A DNA stretch of 64,000 nt from an uncultured Bacteroidales bacterium (GCA_963800585.1 CAWDBP010000002.1:93002-157001); one strand, 5' to 3'; counted from the stretch's first letter, positions 46,791 through 57,392 are shown. The notes: a model not told the origin generated them from the letters alone. A program made the numbers and translations.

Positions 46791-47198
46791 ATGAAAACAA
46801 AATCAATTAAACAAACGGTCACTTTCAACGGTACTGCTGATCAAATATATCACCTGATAATGGATGAGGAAAAACATTCGGCTTTTACGGGTACGAAAGC
46901 GAAAGTGAGTAAAGCTAAAAATGGTAAATTCAGTGTTTTTGATAATTATATCCATGGGTATAATATAGAACTAATTGAAGGAAAAAAAATAGTTCAGGCA
47001 TGGCATTTTACGGAAGATGGATGGCCTGATGATCATTTCTCGATGTGTACATTCCTTTTAGAACAAGTTGGAAATAAAACAAAACTTAAATTCCTTCAAA
47101 CCGGTGTTCCTGAGGATAGCGTTGAGTCATTAAGCAAAGGCTGGAAAGAATTTTATTGGGAACCCATGAAAGCCTGGTTAAAAGAAAACAAAGAATAA
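46791..47198 (+). CDS. SRPBCC (AHSA1-like) domain protein
   Basis: 135 aa. The ...QIYHLIMDEEKHSAFTG...W..DHFS...F pattern is typical of Aha1-domain SRPBCC proteins. Confidence 0.65.
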   Translation: MKTKSIKQTVTFNGTADQIYHLIMDEEKHSAFTGTKAKVSKAKNGKFSVFDNYIHGYNIELIEGKKIVQAWHFTEDGWPDDHFSMCTFLLEQVGNKTKLKFLQTGVPEDSVESLSKGWKEFYWEPMKAWLKENKE

Positions 47199-47211
47199 TA
47201 AAGATGACATT

Positions 47212-47523
47212 ATGAAGCCATTCGTATTTAACTCCCAGGAAAATTCTTTGGGCCAAAGGAACTCAATCCTGAATGCTGAAAATGCAAATAAGATGAAGTC
47301 AGGGATGATCTTTTTACAGCCTGGTGAAGAAGTTGGCGAGCACAGCACTAAAGAGAAAGAAGAAATAATAATTGTATTGGAAGGTAAAGCGACGGTGGAG
47401 ATTGACGGGCAATCGTTTTCAGAAGTTACCCCAGGTGCAGTTGCCTATATCCCTTCTCAGACATTGCATAATGTCAAAAACAGATCAGTCAGCAACCTGA
47501 GATATATTTATGTTGCTTCGTAG
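47212..47523 (+). CDS. Cupin domain protein
   Basis: 103 aa. GEEVGEHSTKEKEEIIIVLEGKA...IPSQTLHNVKN matches the two cupin motifs. Confidence 0.7.
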   Translation: MKPFVFNSQENSLGQRNSILNAENANKMKSGMIFLQPGEEVGEHSTKEKEEIIIVLEGKATVEIDGQSFSEVTPGAVAYIPSQTLHNVKNRSVSNLRYIYVAS

Positions 47524-47580
47524 GTGAATGAATTTCATGAGGTGAGAATTCAGCTTTTATCATCAACAAAATTGTAAGCA

Positions 47581-50055
47581 ATGGAATTAAGGCTTTTGAT
47601 ATCATTATACTTTCACAGGATCTTCCGGATCCGGCTGATCCTGGTTTCAGCACTGATATTATTTCTCAGGGCATTGACTGCACAGGCCCAACCCGATGCA
47701 GGTGTTAACAAGGTTACCTTACCTAATGGATGGAGCCTGAGTCCTGCAGGAAGCCAGGTTGTACTGGGTGATCTTCCACTCAATATTGCCATCACTCCTG
47801 ATCTGAAATATGCTGCTGTTACAAATAATGGCCAAAGCATACAATCGGTTCAGATTATCAGGCTTAGTGATCAAAAACTTCTCGACACCTATGAGGTTGG
47901 AAAATCCTGGCTGGGTCTGGTCTTCAGCGATGATGGGAAAAGCCTTTATGTCTCGGGAGGCAACGACAACTGGATCCTGCGCTTTGTCATCGAAAATGAG
48001 AGACTGGTTTGTCGCGATACATTTAAGCTTGGGAAACCCTGGCCGGTAAAGATCTCTGTCGCCGGGATCGCCGTTGACGAAGCCAGGCATCAGTTATATA
48101 CAGTTACCAAGGAAAATAATTCGCTGTATATCGTAGCTACTGACTCAAAAAAAATCCTCAAACAGATCCCACTCAGTGGCGAGGGTTATACTTGTTTATT
48201 GTCTCCGGATAAAAAGCATCTTTATTGCAGTTGCTGGGGGTGTGACAAAATCGTGATCCTTAACACCGGCTCTCTTGAAATTGAAACAAGCATCGATGTT
48301 GGTAATCATCCAAACGATATGGTTATTGACCACAAAGGAAAGATCCTTTATGTGGCCAATTCAAATGATAATTCAGTATCTGTTGTTGACCTTATCAATA
48401 ATAAAGTCGTCGAAACACTGAATGCTGCTCTTTATCCTGGTACTCCGGAAGGATCTACCACAAACAGTGTAGCGCTGAGCCAAGATAATAAGACACTATA
48501 CGTGGCCAATGCCGACAATAACTGTCTTGCTGTTTTTGACGTGACAAATCCTGGTCACAGCAATGGGGCCGGATTTATTCCGGTTGGATGGTATCCAACC
48601 TGTGTGCGTACCGTTGGTCAAAAAATCCTGATAACCAATGGGAAAGGACTTACTTCACTGCCCAATCCAAAAGGGCCAAATCCTGTAAAACCAACCAACA
48701 AGGTTCTTCACCAGTCAGGAGATGCAAAAAAAGCAGATGATGTACAATATATTGCGGGCCTTTTTAAAGGTATCTTAAGCATTATCTCCGCGCCTGATAA
48801 AGAAAAATTAGCAGAATATACACGGCAAGTCTATTCCAATACTCCCTATAACAAGGAAATTGAGTCGCAGGCACATGGCATGCAGGGGAACCCGATCCCA
48901 CGCAAGGCAGGGGAATCTTCCCCAATCAAATATGTCTTTTATATCATCAAGGAAAACAGGACTTATGACCAGGTCCTGGGTGATATGCCCCAGGGAAACG
49001 GGGATACTTCTCTTGTACTGTTTGGTAAGAAATATACCCCTAATCAACATGCATTGGCATCTGAATTCGTGCTGCTCGACAACTTTTATGTGGATGGAGA
49101 GGTGAGTGCCGACGGCCACAACTGGAGCCTTGGCGCTTATGCAACCGATTATCTGGAGAAAACCTGGCCAACCGGGTATGGTGGCCGAGGAGGTAACTAT
49201 GATGCCGAAGGAACTCGTGCGATTGCCAATAATAAAAACGGGTTCCTGTGGGATTACTGTAAAAGAGCGGGAGTAACCTACAGGACTTATGGGGAATTTG
49301 CAGATGATTACAAACCCAATATCCCGGTACTGGAAGGACATTTCTGCAAATATTATACAAGCTGGGACCAGAAAGTGATGGACACCACCCGGTTCCGGCA
49401 ATGGAAGAGGGATTTCGACTCACTTCTCGCTGTTGGCCAGCTTCCCCGCCTGAATACACTACGGTTTATCAACGATCACACGGAAGGATTACGGGTTGGT
49501 CGTCCCACACCATTTGCTGCAGTGGCCGACAATGACCTTGCTGTCGGGCTATTTGTGGATTATCTGAGTAAAAGTTCAATCTGGAAGGAATGTGCAATTT
49601 TTATTGTTGAAGACGATGCTCAGAATGGGCCGGATCATGTTGATGCACACCGCAGTACAGGGTATTTAGCCGGGGGATTCGTAAAAACCGGATTTGTGGA
49701 TCATACCCCCTACTCTACTTCTTCCTTTCTCCGGACCATTGAATTAATATTGGGTTTGCCACCTATGAGCCAATACGATGCTGCCGCAGAACCCTTGTGG
49801 CGTTGTTTTGATAACTCGGCCTCACATGCCGCTTTTCACGCACGTCCACCGCAAACCGACCTATTTGAGAAGAACACAGCCTTTAATGAATGGCAGAGGG
49901 AAAGTGAGAGATTCGATTTCAGCCATGAAGACCGGGCCCCTGAACAGGAACTCACCCAGGTGATCTGGGTAGCCTGCCACGGTACATCAAAGCCCTGCCC
50001 TCCCCCGGTTCATGCTGCATTCGTTAAGGTAAATGAGGCTGATAAGGATGATTAA
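47581..50055 (+). CDS. Secreted fusion of a YVTN/lactonase-type beta-propeller and a phosphoesterase-family (PlcC/AcpA-like) domain
   Basis: Signal peptide, then repeated LYV(A/S)N..(D)N.(V/L).V.D propeller units. The C-terminal half has KYVFYIIKENRTYDQVLGD and EDDAQNGPDHVDAHRS phosphoesterase motifs. Confidence 0.75.
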   Translation: MELRLLISLYFHRIFRIRLILVSALILFLRALTAQAQPDAGVNKVTLPNGWSLSPAGSQVVLGDLPLNIAITPDLKYAAVTNNGQSIQSVQIIRLSDQKLLDTYEVGKSWLGLVFSDDGKSLYVSGGNDNWILRFVIENERLVCRDTFKLGKPWPVKISVAGIAVDEARHQLYTVTKENNSLYIVATDSKKILKQIPLSGEGYTCLLSPDKKHLYCSCWGCDKIVILNTGSLEIETSIDVGNHPNDMVIDHKGKILYVANSNDNSVSVVDLINNKVVETLNAALYPGTPEGSTTNSVALSQDNKTLYVANADNNCLAVFDVTNPGHSNGAGFIPVGWYPTCVRTVGQKILITNGKGLTSLPNPKGPNPVKPTNKVLHQSGDAKKADDVQYIAGLFKGILSIISAPDKEKLAEYTRQVYSNTPYNKEIESQAHGMQGNPIPRKAGESSPIKYVFYIIKENRTYDQVLGDMPQGNGDTSLVLFGKKYTPNQHALASEFVLLDNFYVDGEVSADGHNWSLGAYATDYLEKTWPTGYGGRGGNYDAEGTRAIANNKNGFLWDYCKRAGVTYRTYGEFADDYKPNIPVLEGHFCKYYTSWDQKVMDTTRFRQWKRDFDSLLAVGQLPRLNTLRFINDHTEGLRVGRPTPFAAVADNDLAVGLFVDYLSKSSIWKECAIFIVEDDAQNGPDHVDAHRSTGYLAGGFVKTGFVDHTPYSTSSFLRTIELILGLPPMSQYDAAAEPLWRCFDNSASHAAFHARPPQTDLFEKNTAFNEWQRESERFDFSHEDRAPEQELTQVIWVACHGTSKPCPPPVHAAFVKVNEADKDD

Positions 50056-50156
50056 GTCTTATCTGGAATAAACAATATTTGATAATTCCGGCCCCTGGTT
50101 TGCAACCTTTTCCAAAAAATAAGGTCTACAAGGAAGAATTGGTATTCACTTATGAC

Positions 50157-51605
50157 ATGATTATGAAAACATCTCTACGTTTTGCGATAAAAATTCTGGT
50201 ACTTTTTCTTCTATTCTGTGGGGCTTATTCTGCGGTCTATTCTCAATGGAGCGCCCCGGTCAATATTTCACCGGGGGCTGTTTCAGCATTATTAAATGAG
50301 AGTATGGGCTCCTGCCTTGGTGTTAGCAATGATACGGTTCACGTTGTATGGGCTGACAGATTAAGCATAAACAAAGGTGCTATCTTTTACACCCGGTCGG
50401 CAGATACAGGATTAACCTGGAGTACTCCTGTTGCTATAACGAGCTTAAATGGCAATGCATGGAATCCTGCTATTGCAATTAATGGCAAAAATGTACATGT
50501 TGTATGGAGGGAAATTGATACAGTTACCGGACATCGGACATCAATGTATGAACATTCTACAGATGGGGGGACAACATGGGGAACCAGGGTTGTCATTGAC
50601 ACAGTTGTTGCAGATTGGCCTGCAATTACGGTTTCCGGCAATACGGTCTATATTGCAAATGATATTGTGACTTCTGCTTCACCCTATAATACCGAAATAT
50701 TTTTCCTGAGATCTACAGATAACGGGACGACCTGGAGTGCACACCAGCAATTGACTTATTCCCTGGGCCGTTCAGAAGATGAGGCTATCACCGCCCAGGG
50801 TACTGATGTTTTTATGACCTGGAACGATAACAGAAACGGCCCAATGCAGATCTTCTATAAACATTCAGCGGATCTGGGACAAACCTGGGATGCAGATGTT
50901 CTGATAAACAGTGAACCATCCTATGGCACCATGGTAAGTGCTGATAATGCTAATATAGATGCTCCTTCAGCAGGGGCACCTTCCGGACATTACCAGATCC
51001 ATCTAAACCAGTCGGCCGATACAGGGTCAACATGGGGTGCAGATATGAATCTGACCAATGATCCGGCCAATACTTATTATTATCCTTATATGGTCAGGGA
51101 TGGTTCTGATCTGCATGTGACTTATGTAAAATCAGGAGCCGGAGGGCAATATCTGCATTCCGGTGATGGAGGTACAACATGGGATACACCATATAGCATG
51201 GGATTTTCCGGCATCACGCCATTTATAGCATACACGGGTTGTGTACTCCACGTGATCCTGCCTGATTCGGGTCATATTAATTATTTTCGCAACCCCACTG
51301 GAAATGCCGGACCGCATTGTATAACTACGACTGGAATTTCTCCTATTATCCAAGGAGACATGAAGGTTACAATATACCCAAACCCTTTTATCTACCAGAC
51401 AACATTGGAAATCTCCACAACAGAAAATCAAGAAAATGCAGTGGTAAAAATCTTCAATGCGTTTGGCCAGCAAATAATAAGTTCAGCCTTTGGAATAAAT
51501 AATAAACTGATCATTGACAGAGACAACCTGAAGAGTGGAATTTATTTTTATAAAGTTTTTCAGGAAGATAAAGAGATTTCTACAGGAAAAATGTTAGTGG
51601 AATAA
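50157..51605 (+). CDS. BNR/Asp-box repeat (sialidase-fold-like) protein with T9SS C-terminal sorting domain
   Basis: Six Asp-boxes (SADTGLTW, STDGGTTW, STDNGTTW, SADLGQTW, SADTGSTW, SGDGGTTW). The C-terminus VTIYPNPF...SGIYFYKVF...GKMLVE is a type A T9SS CTD. Start chosen at ATG 50157 rather than TTG 50079. Confidence 0.8.
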   Translation: MIMKTSLRFAIKILVLFLLFCGAYSAVYSQWSAPVNISPGAVSALLNESMGSCLGVSNDTVHVVWADRLSINKGAIFYTRSADTGLTWSTPVAITSLNGNAWNPAIAINGKNVHVVWREIDTVTGHRTSMYEHSTDGGTTWGTRVVIDTVVADWPAITVSGNTVYIANDIVTSASPYNTEIFFLRSTDNGTTWSAHQQLTYSLGRSEDEAITAQGTDVFMTWNDNRNGPMQIFYKHSADLGQTWDADVLINSEPSYGTMVSADNANIDAPSAGAPSGHYQIHLNQSADTGSTWGADMNLTNDPANTYYYPYMVRDGSDLHVTYVKSGAGGQYLHSGDGGTTWDTPYSMGFSGITPFIAYTGCVLHVILPDSGHINYFRNPTGNAGPHCITTTGISPIIQGDMKVTIYPNPFIYQTTLEISTTENQENAVVKIFNAFGQQIISSAFGINNKLIIDRDNLKSGIYFYKVFQEDKEISTGKMLVE

Positions 51606-51713
51606 ACAGATCAGATTCCTAGTAACATATCAATCAGAAAAATTACATATAACAAAAAAACAGCTAGAGGCAGAATCCCTGTTAATTCTTTAATAACTTA
51701 ACAACCCAAGCAT

Positions 51714-54239
51714 ATGAAACGCATGAGTACTCTTCTCCTGTTAATTTTATGTTTCGCAGGTTTCTCACAGCCGGTTTCATTTTCACCCAAGGGGATCGGA
51801 GGAGGAGGATCTCTTTATTTCCCTTCCATCAATCCCGCAAATGACAATGAGTTCTATGTCAGTTGTGATATGAGCGAAATGTTCCACAGTACCGATTTTG
51901 GCAACTCATATTCAGAGTTTCCTTACACGGCATTACAGGTATTCAGCACCTCAACCTATGAGTTTACCAGCAACGCAAGTATTGCCTATACCGACTTCAA
52001 TGATGGCAATGCCGGATTTCCTGTAAAAACAACAGATGGAGGAAACACATGGAATACCATCTCGGGCTATGATTTAAGCACTTACGGTTCTATTTACAGG
52101 ATGGCTGCCAATTATGCCAAACCCAATCAACTGCTGATCGAGGCATATGGAGATATATTATTTTCAAATGATGGAGGAATTACTTTCAACCTGGTCAAAC
52201 ATACCATCAATATGGGAGCAGGAATTATTCTCGGTGGTGTGTTCTGGGATGGGAATAACATTTACATCGGTACAAATGAAGGTTTGATAACCTCCTCGAA
52301 CGGGGGTGCGTCATTTACCGTTCAAACTACTACGGGGATCCCGTCAGGTCAGTTATTATGGAATTTTGCGGGTGCCAGGAATGGAATAACCACCCGGTTT
52401 TCAATTATCACGGCTAATGTTGGCGACGTATACAATGGTCTTATGCCATGGGATTATTACAATTTCGCAAAAGGGATCTTTACGATGGATAATGATAATG
52501 GAACCTGGGTCTCAAAATCTACGGGCCTTGATTTTTCCAATGATTTTGTGATGTACATCGCCATGGCGCAAAACGATGTAAACACGATCTATCTTGGCGG
52601 CCATGATAATGCATTAGGTGCACCCCTTGTGTACAAATCTGCCGATGCGGGAGCGACCTGGAACAAAGTTTTCAATACGACTAACAATGCAAATATTATT
52701 ACAGGCTGGGAAGGTTCAGGAGGTGATAAGGCCTGGAGCTGGAGCGAGACCTGTTTCGGAATTACAGTGGCCCCAAACAATGTAAATAAAGTACTATTTG
52801 GTAGTTACAGCAATGTCGAATCAACTACAGATGGCGGGACCACATGGAAGCAAGCCTATGTAAGCAGTGCCGATCAACACCCCGCAGGAAATAGCACCCC
52901 AAAACAAAAAACATATAACAGTATCGGGCTCGAGAACACAAGCTGCTGGCAAGTGTTTTGGAATGATCAGAACAATTTGATAGGTTGTTTCAGCGACATA
53001 GGAGGAATACGGAGTACTGACGCAGGTGACAAATGGGGTTTTACCTACAATGGATTCTCTGTCAATTCTTTGTACAGGATCGCTAAGGGTTCTGATGGAA
53101 CTCTTTATGGGGCTTGCTCTAACATTCATGATATGTATGAAAGTACCCGGTTGGCCGATGCACAACTGGATGCCGCGGATGCAAATGGCAAGATCGTTTT
53201 TTCTTCGGATGGCGGAGCTAACTGGACGACCCTTCAGTATTTCGGGCATCCTGTTTTCTGGCTGGCAACCGATCCTAACAATACGGACCGGATGTATGCC
53301 TCAGTAATTCATTTCGGCGGCACACAAGGATCCCAGATTGGCGGCATTTATATGACCAATAATTTATCGGCAGGTGCATCCTCTACCTGGGTCAAGCTGT
53401 CGAATCCCCCGAGAACAGAAGGACATCCGGCTTCCATTGTGGTTTTGAATGATGGCAACATGGTTTGTACTTTTTCAGGAAGAAGAAATTCAAGCGGAGC
53501 TTTCACAAATAGCAGCGGGGTTTTTCTTTACAACCCGGGAAGTGACAGCTGGATTGATAAAAGTGACGCCGGCATGGATTACTGGACAAAAGACATCGTA
53601 TTGGATCCCACAGATGTGTCCCAAAACACTTGGTATACGGCAGTCTTCAGTGGGTGGGGTGGACCTCCAAATGGGCTGGGTGGCCTTTATAAAACTACCA
53701 ACAGGGGTACAAACTGGACAAAACTTACCGGATCGGAGTTTGACAGGGTCACCTCAATTACCTTTAACCCTTTAAAGACCACCCAGGCTTACCTTACGAC
53801 CGAAACACAAGGACTCTGGATAAGCGACAATATGAATACCTCGGTTCCAACCTGGCAAGTGGTCGACAGTTATCCCTTCCGCCAACCGGAAAGAGTGTTC
53901 TTTAATCCCAATAATCAACAGGAAATGTGGGTAACCAGTTTCGGTAATGGTTTGAAACAAGGGTTTCTTTATCCCTCAGGAACAAATAACATCAATAATG
54001 AGAACAGTCTTTTAAGAGTTTATCCAAATCCGGCCACAGAAAAAATAATCATAGAAACCGGTCAAATCTCTGATCAGGGTATATTATCTGTTACGAATAG
54101 CCATGGGCAGGAAATCTTCACCCATAAGATTGAAGGATTCAAAACGGAAATTAATATTAGCACATTATCCGCTGGAGTTTATTTTATCAAGCTTATCAGT
54201 GCTAAAGGAATTTCCATTGCGAAGTTTGTAAAAGAATGA
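51714..54239 (+). CDS. Sortilin/VPS10-type BNR repeat glycosidase-like protein with T9SS C-terminal sorting domain
   Basis: 841 aa with about eight Asp-box-like units (TTDGGNTW, SADAGATW, TTDGGTTW, SSDGGANW, TTNRGTNW ...). The C-terminus is LRVYPNPATEKIIIE...AGVYFIKLISAKGISIAKFVKE. Confidence 0.8.
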   Translation: MKRMSTLLLLILCFAGFSQPVSFSPKGIGGGGSLYFPSINPANDNEFYVSCDMSEMFHSTDFGNSYSEFPYTALQVFSTSTYEFTSNASIAYTDFNDGNAGFPVKTTDGGNTWNTISGYDLSTYGSIYRMAANYAKPNQLLIEAYGDILFSNDGGITFNLVKHTINMGAGIILGGVFWDGNNIYIGTNEGLITSSNGGASFTVQTTTGIPSGQLLWNFAGARNGITTRFSIITANVGDVYNGLMPWDYYNFAKGIFTMDNDNGTWVSKSTGLDFSNDFVMYIAMAQNDVNTIYLGGHDNALGAPLVYKSADAGATWNKVFNTTNNANIITGWEGSGGDKAWSWSETCFGITVAPNNVNKVLFGSYSNVESTTDGGTTWKQAYVSSADQHPAGNSTPKQKTYNSIGLENTSCWQVFWNDQNNLIGCFSDIGGIRSTDAGDKWGFTYNGFSVNSLYRIAKGSDGTLYGACSNIHDMYESTRLADAQLDAADANGKIVFSSDGGANWTTLQYFGHPVFWLATDPNNTDRMYASVIHFGGTQGSQIGGIYMTNNLSAGASSTWVKLSNPPRTEGHPASIVVLNDGNMVCTFSGRRNSSGAFTNSSGVFLYNPGSDSWIDKSDAGMDYWTKDIVLDPTDVSQNTWYTAVFSGWGGPPNGLGGLYKTTNRGTNWTKLTGSEFDRVTSITFNPLKTTQAYLTTETQGLWISDNMNTSVPTWQVVDSYPFRQPERVFFNPNNQQEMWVTSFGNGLKQGFLYPSGTNNINNENSLLRVYPNPATEKIIIETGQISDQGILSVTNSHGQEIFTHKIEGFKTEINISTLSAGVYFIKLISAKGISIAKFVKE

Positions 54240-54275
54240 GATAATACAATTGGATAAAATTCATAACCTTGTAGT

Positions 54276-55190
54276 ATGAAGAAGTTCCTGGTTTTGTTAC
54301 TTATAGTTGCAGCAACTGGTTCTTTTGCGCAAACCCCCAATGTTTCAGGTGGAAAGATCGTTCATTATGATAATTTCAAATCTGAATTTGTCGACGCCCG
54401 GAATGTTGATGTATGGTTGCCAAACGGATACAGTCCTGATAAAAAGTATGCCGTGATTTATATGCATGACGGCCAGATGCTTTTTGATAGCACACTTACC
54501 TGGAACCATCAATCGTGGAGTGTCGATGTAACTTTGACAAAACTTTTGAAGGAAAAAAAGATTAAGGAGTGTATTGTCGTTGCCATCTGGAACATTCCTG
54601 AAAAGAGGCATGCTGAATATTTCCCCCAAAAGATCATCGACAGTATTCCTGAACCTACAAGAAATAAAATTCTCACCAGACAAATCAAAGGATTGCCACT
54701 TGCAGACAAATACCTGAAATTCCTGGTAAAGGAACTAAAACCATTTATCGACAGCCATTATTCAACCAGGAAGGATGCAGGCAACACCTTTCTTATTGGT
54801 TCAAGCATGGGTGGTTTGATTTCACTTTATGGCCTGTGCGAATACCCGGGTGTTTTTGGCGGAGCAGCCTGCCTTTCAATAAATTCCCCGGTTATGGCAG
54901 TCGAGTTGATGGATCAGCATACAGATGCCGATGTTGCCCGCAAGTTCAGGAATTACCTGATGAGAAATCTCCCGGAGGCAAACACGAAACTGATCTATTT
55001 TGATTATGGCAGTAATACACTGGACGCATATTACGGACCTTATCAAAGAGCGATTGACACCGTCCTGGTGAAAAAGGGATATAAATACCCCTTTTGGACG
55101 ACGAGGTATTTTTCAGGAACGGATCACAGTGAAAAATCATGGAGTAAAAGATTTAATATTCCAGTCATGTTCTTATTAAAAAAGGAATGA
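54276..55190 (+). CDS. Alpha/beta hydrolase, putative esterase family (enterochelin-esterase-like)
   Basis: Signal peptide, a YMHDGQ motif and the nucleophile elbow GSSMGG. Confidence 0.7.
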   Translation: MKKFLVLLLIVAATGSFAQTPNVSGGKIVHYDNFKSEFVDARNVDVWLPNGYSPDKKYAVIYMHDGQMLFDSTLTWNHQSWSVDVTLTKLLKEKKIKECIVVAIWNIPEKRHAEYFPQKIIDSIPEPTRNKILTRQIKGLPLADKYLKFLVKELKPFIDSHYSTRKDAGNTFLIGSSMGGLISLYGLCEYPGVFGGAACLSINSPVMAVELMDQHTDADVARKFRNYLMRNLPEANTKLIYFDYGSNTLDAYYGPYQRAIDTVLVKKGYKYPFWTTRYFSGTDHSEKSWSKRFNIPVMFLLKKE

Positions 55191-55984
55191 AACGGCTCAA
55201 TCAATTCGAAATTTATGATGAACTTCCACTCTGGTCTGCCCCCTTTGGCCTGACACTTCTCGATACCATTAGGCTGAAAAAGGGGATAAACATTCTCGAC
55301 ATTGGCAGTGGAGGTGGCTTTCCATCACTCGAGATTGCAGAACGGCTGGGGAGGTCGGTTGTTGTTTACGGGATTGATCCTTCGGCAGATTCAATAAAAA
55401 TGATCACCGAAAAGATCAAAATTAAAGATATTTCAAATGTATTTATTAAGAAAGGTATTGCCGAGGAACTTCCTTTCCCGGATCATTTTTTCGGATTGAT
55501 CGTTGGAAACAACGGGATAAACAACGTTCAGGATGAAAAGAAAGCTTTGACTGAATGTGCCAGGGTTTTGACGGACCAGGGACAGATGGTGCTTACCATG
55601 AATCTGCCACACACGTTTATTGAGTTTTATGAGGTTTTTGAGCGGGTGCTTCAGGAACAGGGTTTGACAGAGGAAGTAATCAAACTGAAAGATCATATTT
55701 ATGCAAAACGGAAGCCGGTCGAATACTGGAAGAATTTAATAGAAGAAACAGGATTTACCATCCGGTCGATAAATGTTGATGGTTTTAAAATGAGATTCGC
55801 TGATGGGACAACCTTCATGGAACATTATTTTATCCGCACCGCATTTCGCAAACCCTGGGAAAAAATTACAGTAAATCCTGAGATCTTTAAGGAGATTGAA
55901 GACAGGTTGAATGGGATTGCTGAATCGAATGGGGAATTAGAGATATCGGTACCCTATGCCTGTTTTGATTGTTATAAAACTTGA
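55187..55984 (+). CDS. Class I SAM-dependent methyltransferase
   Basis: ILDIGSGGGFPSLEIA (motif I). Its start overlaps the upstream stop (ATGA). Confidence 0.75.
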   Translation: MKRLNQFEIYDELPLWSAPFGLTLLDTIRLKKGINILDIGSGGGFPSLEIAERLGRSVVVYGIDPSADSIKMITEKIKIKDISNVFIKKGIAEELPFPDHFFGLIVGNNGINNVQDEKKALTECARVLTDQGQMVLTMNLPHTFIEFYEVFERVLQEQGLTEEVIKLKDHIYAKRKPVEYWKNLIEETGFTIRSINVDGFKMRFADGTTFMEHYFIRTAFRKPWEKITVNPEIFKEIEDRLNGIAESNGELEISVPYACFDCYKT

Positions 55985-55998
55985 CATAACGGGCCTTA

Positions 55999-56040
55999 AA
56001 AGAAAATGGCCCCATAGATACAGGGCCATTTTCTTTCTTT
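55999..56040. terminator. Bidirectional intrinsic terminator between the convergent methyltransferase and HU genes
   Basis: Perfect 14-bp stem, AAAGAAAATGGCCC (55999-56012) with GGGCCATTTTCTTT (56023-56036). T-rich tracts lie on both flanks in the respective sense strands. Confidence 0.8.
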
Positions 56041-56047
56041 TACTGAA

Positions 56048-56311
56048 TCATGCTTTAAGCTTTTTACTCGCCTTGAACTTGACGACCTTCCGGGCAGGTA
56101 TTTTAATCTCCTTCCCGGTTTGTGGATTTCTGCCTTTCCGTGCAGCTTTCTGGTAAACCAGGAAAGTTCCGAACCCTACCAGAGAAATCTTTTGACCTTT
56201 AGCTAATGTCTTGGTAGCAGTAGCCATAATCGAATCCAATGCTTCTTTGGATTTAACTTTTGTCAGCTTTGCACTCTTGGCAATGCTGTCGATCATCTCA
56301 GCTTTGTTCAT
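56048..56311 (-). CDS. hup: HU-family DNA-binding protein
   Basis: 87 aa with MNKAEMIDSIA, GFGTF and ARKGRNPQTGKEIKIPA. Confidence 0.9.
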   Translation of the reverse strand: MNKAEMIDSIAKSAKLTKVKSKEALDSIMATATKTLAKGQKISLVGFGTFLVYQKAARKGRNPQTGKEIKIPARKVVKFKASKKLKA

Positions 56312-56410
56312 GTTTGCGTTTTTAAGGTTAACAAATAAAAAGACGACCGAAATTAGTAATAAACTTATAAAAAGTCAAGTATTTCCTACATTTACATTTT
56401 TAAAAAGCCA

Positions 56411-57010
56411 ATGAATATCCTTCCACGATCATTTTATCTAAGGGAAAATGTTGTTCTTATTGCCCGGGAATTACTGGGTAAAATGTTATTTTCGCAATTT
56501 AACGGTATAATTACGGGTGGCATCATTTTTGAAACAGAAGCCTATGCCGGGGTTACAGACAGGGCATCTCATGCCTTCGGAAACAGGCGAACCAGGAGAA
56601 CAGAGGTGATGTACGACCAGGGTGGAACGGCTTATATTTACCTGTGTTACGGAGTTCACTCTCTATTCAATGTCGTTACTAATCAAAAAGAAATCCCGGA
56701 GGCTGTATTGATCCGTGCGATCAAGCCGGTTGTTGGAATTGAATCCATGCTCAAACGTACGGGGAAAAAATCAATTACAAAAGATTTTGGGATTGGTCCC
56801 GGAAAGGTATCAAAAATTCTTGGCATTCATTTTAGTAATTCGGGAATAGATCTCACGAAGAAACCTACAAGACTTCAAGAAGAGGGTATCTGGCTTGAGG
56901 ATACAGAGAATATAATTGCACCCGAAACAATAATAACGGGATCACGAATCGGGGTGGGTTATGCAGGCATTGATGCGGATCGCCCTTACCGTTTCAGGAT
57001 TGTCATTTAA
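56411..57010 (+). CDS. mpg: DNA-3-methyladenine glycosylase (AAG/Mpg family)
   Basis: 199 aa with GIIFETEAYAG..DRASHAF, GTAYIYLCYGVH and LIRA. Confidence 0.85.
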   Translation: MNILPRSFYLRENVVLIARELLGKMLFSQFNGIITGGIIFETEAYAGVTDRASHAFGNRRTRRTEVMYDQGGTAYIYLCYGVHSLFNVVTNQKEIPEAVLIRAIKPVVGIESMLKRTGKKSITKDFGIGPGKVSKILGIHFSNSGIDLTKKPTRLQEEGIWLEDTENIIAPETIITGSRIGVGYAGIDADRPYRFRIVI

Positions 57011-57011
57011 A

Positions 57012-57045
57012 AAAATCCCTTCACGAAAGATCGTGAAGGGATTTT
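57012..57045. terminator. Bidirectional intrinsic terminator between convergent mpg and HU genes
   Basis: Perfect 15-bp stem, AAAATCCCTTCACGA (57012-57026) with TCGTGAAGGGATTTT (57031-57045), and a 4-nt loop. Confidence 0.85.
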
Positions 57046-57069
57046 AAGTAAAAGAATATACGAATAGGT

Positions 57070-57342
57070 TTACTTAACTTTCTTGGTTAGTTCAGCACCT
57101 GCTTTAAATTTCACAACTTTTTTTGCAGGGATCTTGATTTCTTTACCATTCTGAGGATTTCTTCCTTTACGTGCAGCTCTTTTGGAAACTGAGAAAGAAC
57201 CGAAACCAACCAGTGCTACTCTTTCACCCTTTGACATTGCCTTGGTGGTAGAAGTCACGAAAGCTTCTAAAGCCCTCTTAGCTTCAGCTTTTGTCATTTT
57301 TGCATCGGAAGCAATAGCTTCGATCAACTGAGCTTTGTTCAT
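57070..57342 (-). CDS. hup: HU-family DNA-binding protein (second copy)
   Basis: 90 aa with MNKAQLIEAIA, GFGSF and ARKGRNPQNGKEIKIPA. Confidence 0.9.
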   Translation of the reverse strand: MNKAQLIEAIASDAKMTKAEAKRALEAFVTSTTKAMSKGERVALVGFGSFSVSKRAARKGRNPQNGKEIKIPAKKVVKFKAGAELTKKVK

Positions 57343-57384
57343 TTTTTTTGATTTTTTTAGTTAATACTTAATTTAAAACACCTG

Positions 57385-57392
57385 CAAATATA
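57385..57392 (-). promoter_or_regulatory. Candidate -7 box TATATTTG upstream of the second HU gene
   Basis: The + strand reads CAAATATA, 43 nt upstream of the ATG at 57342. Confidence 0.5.
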
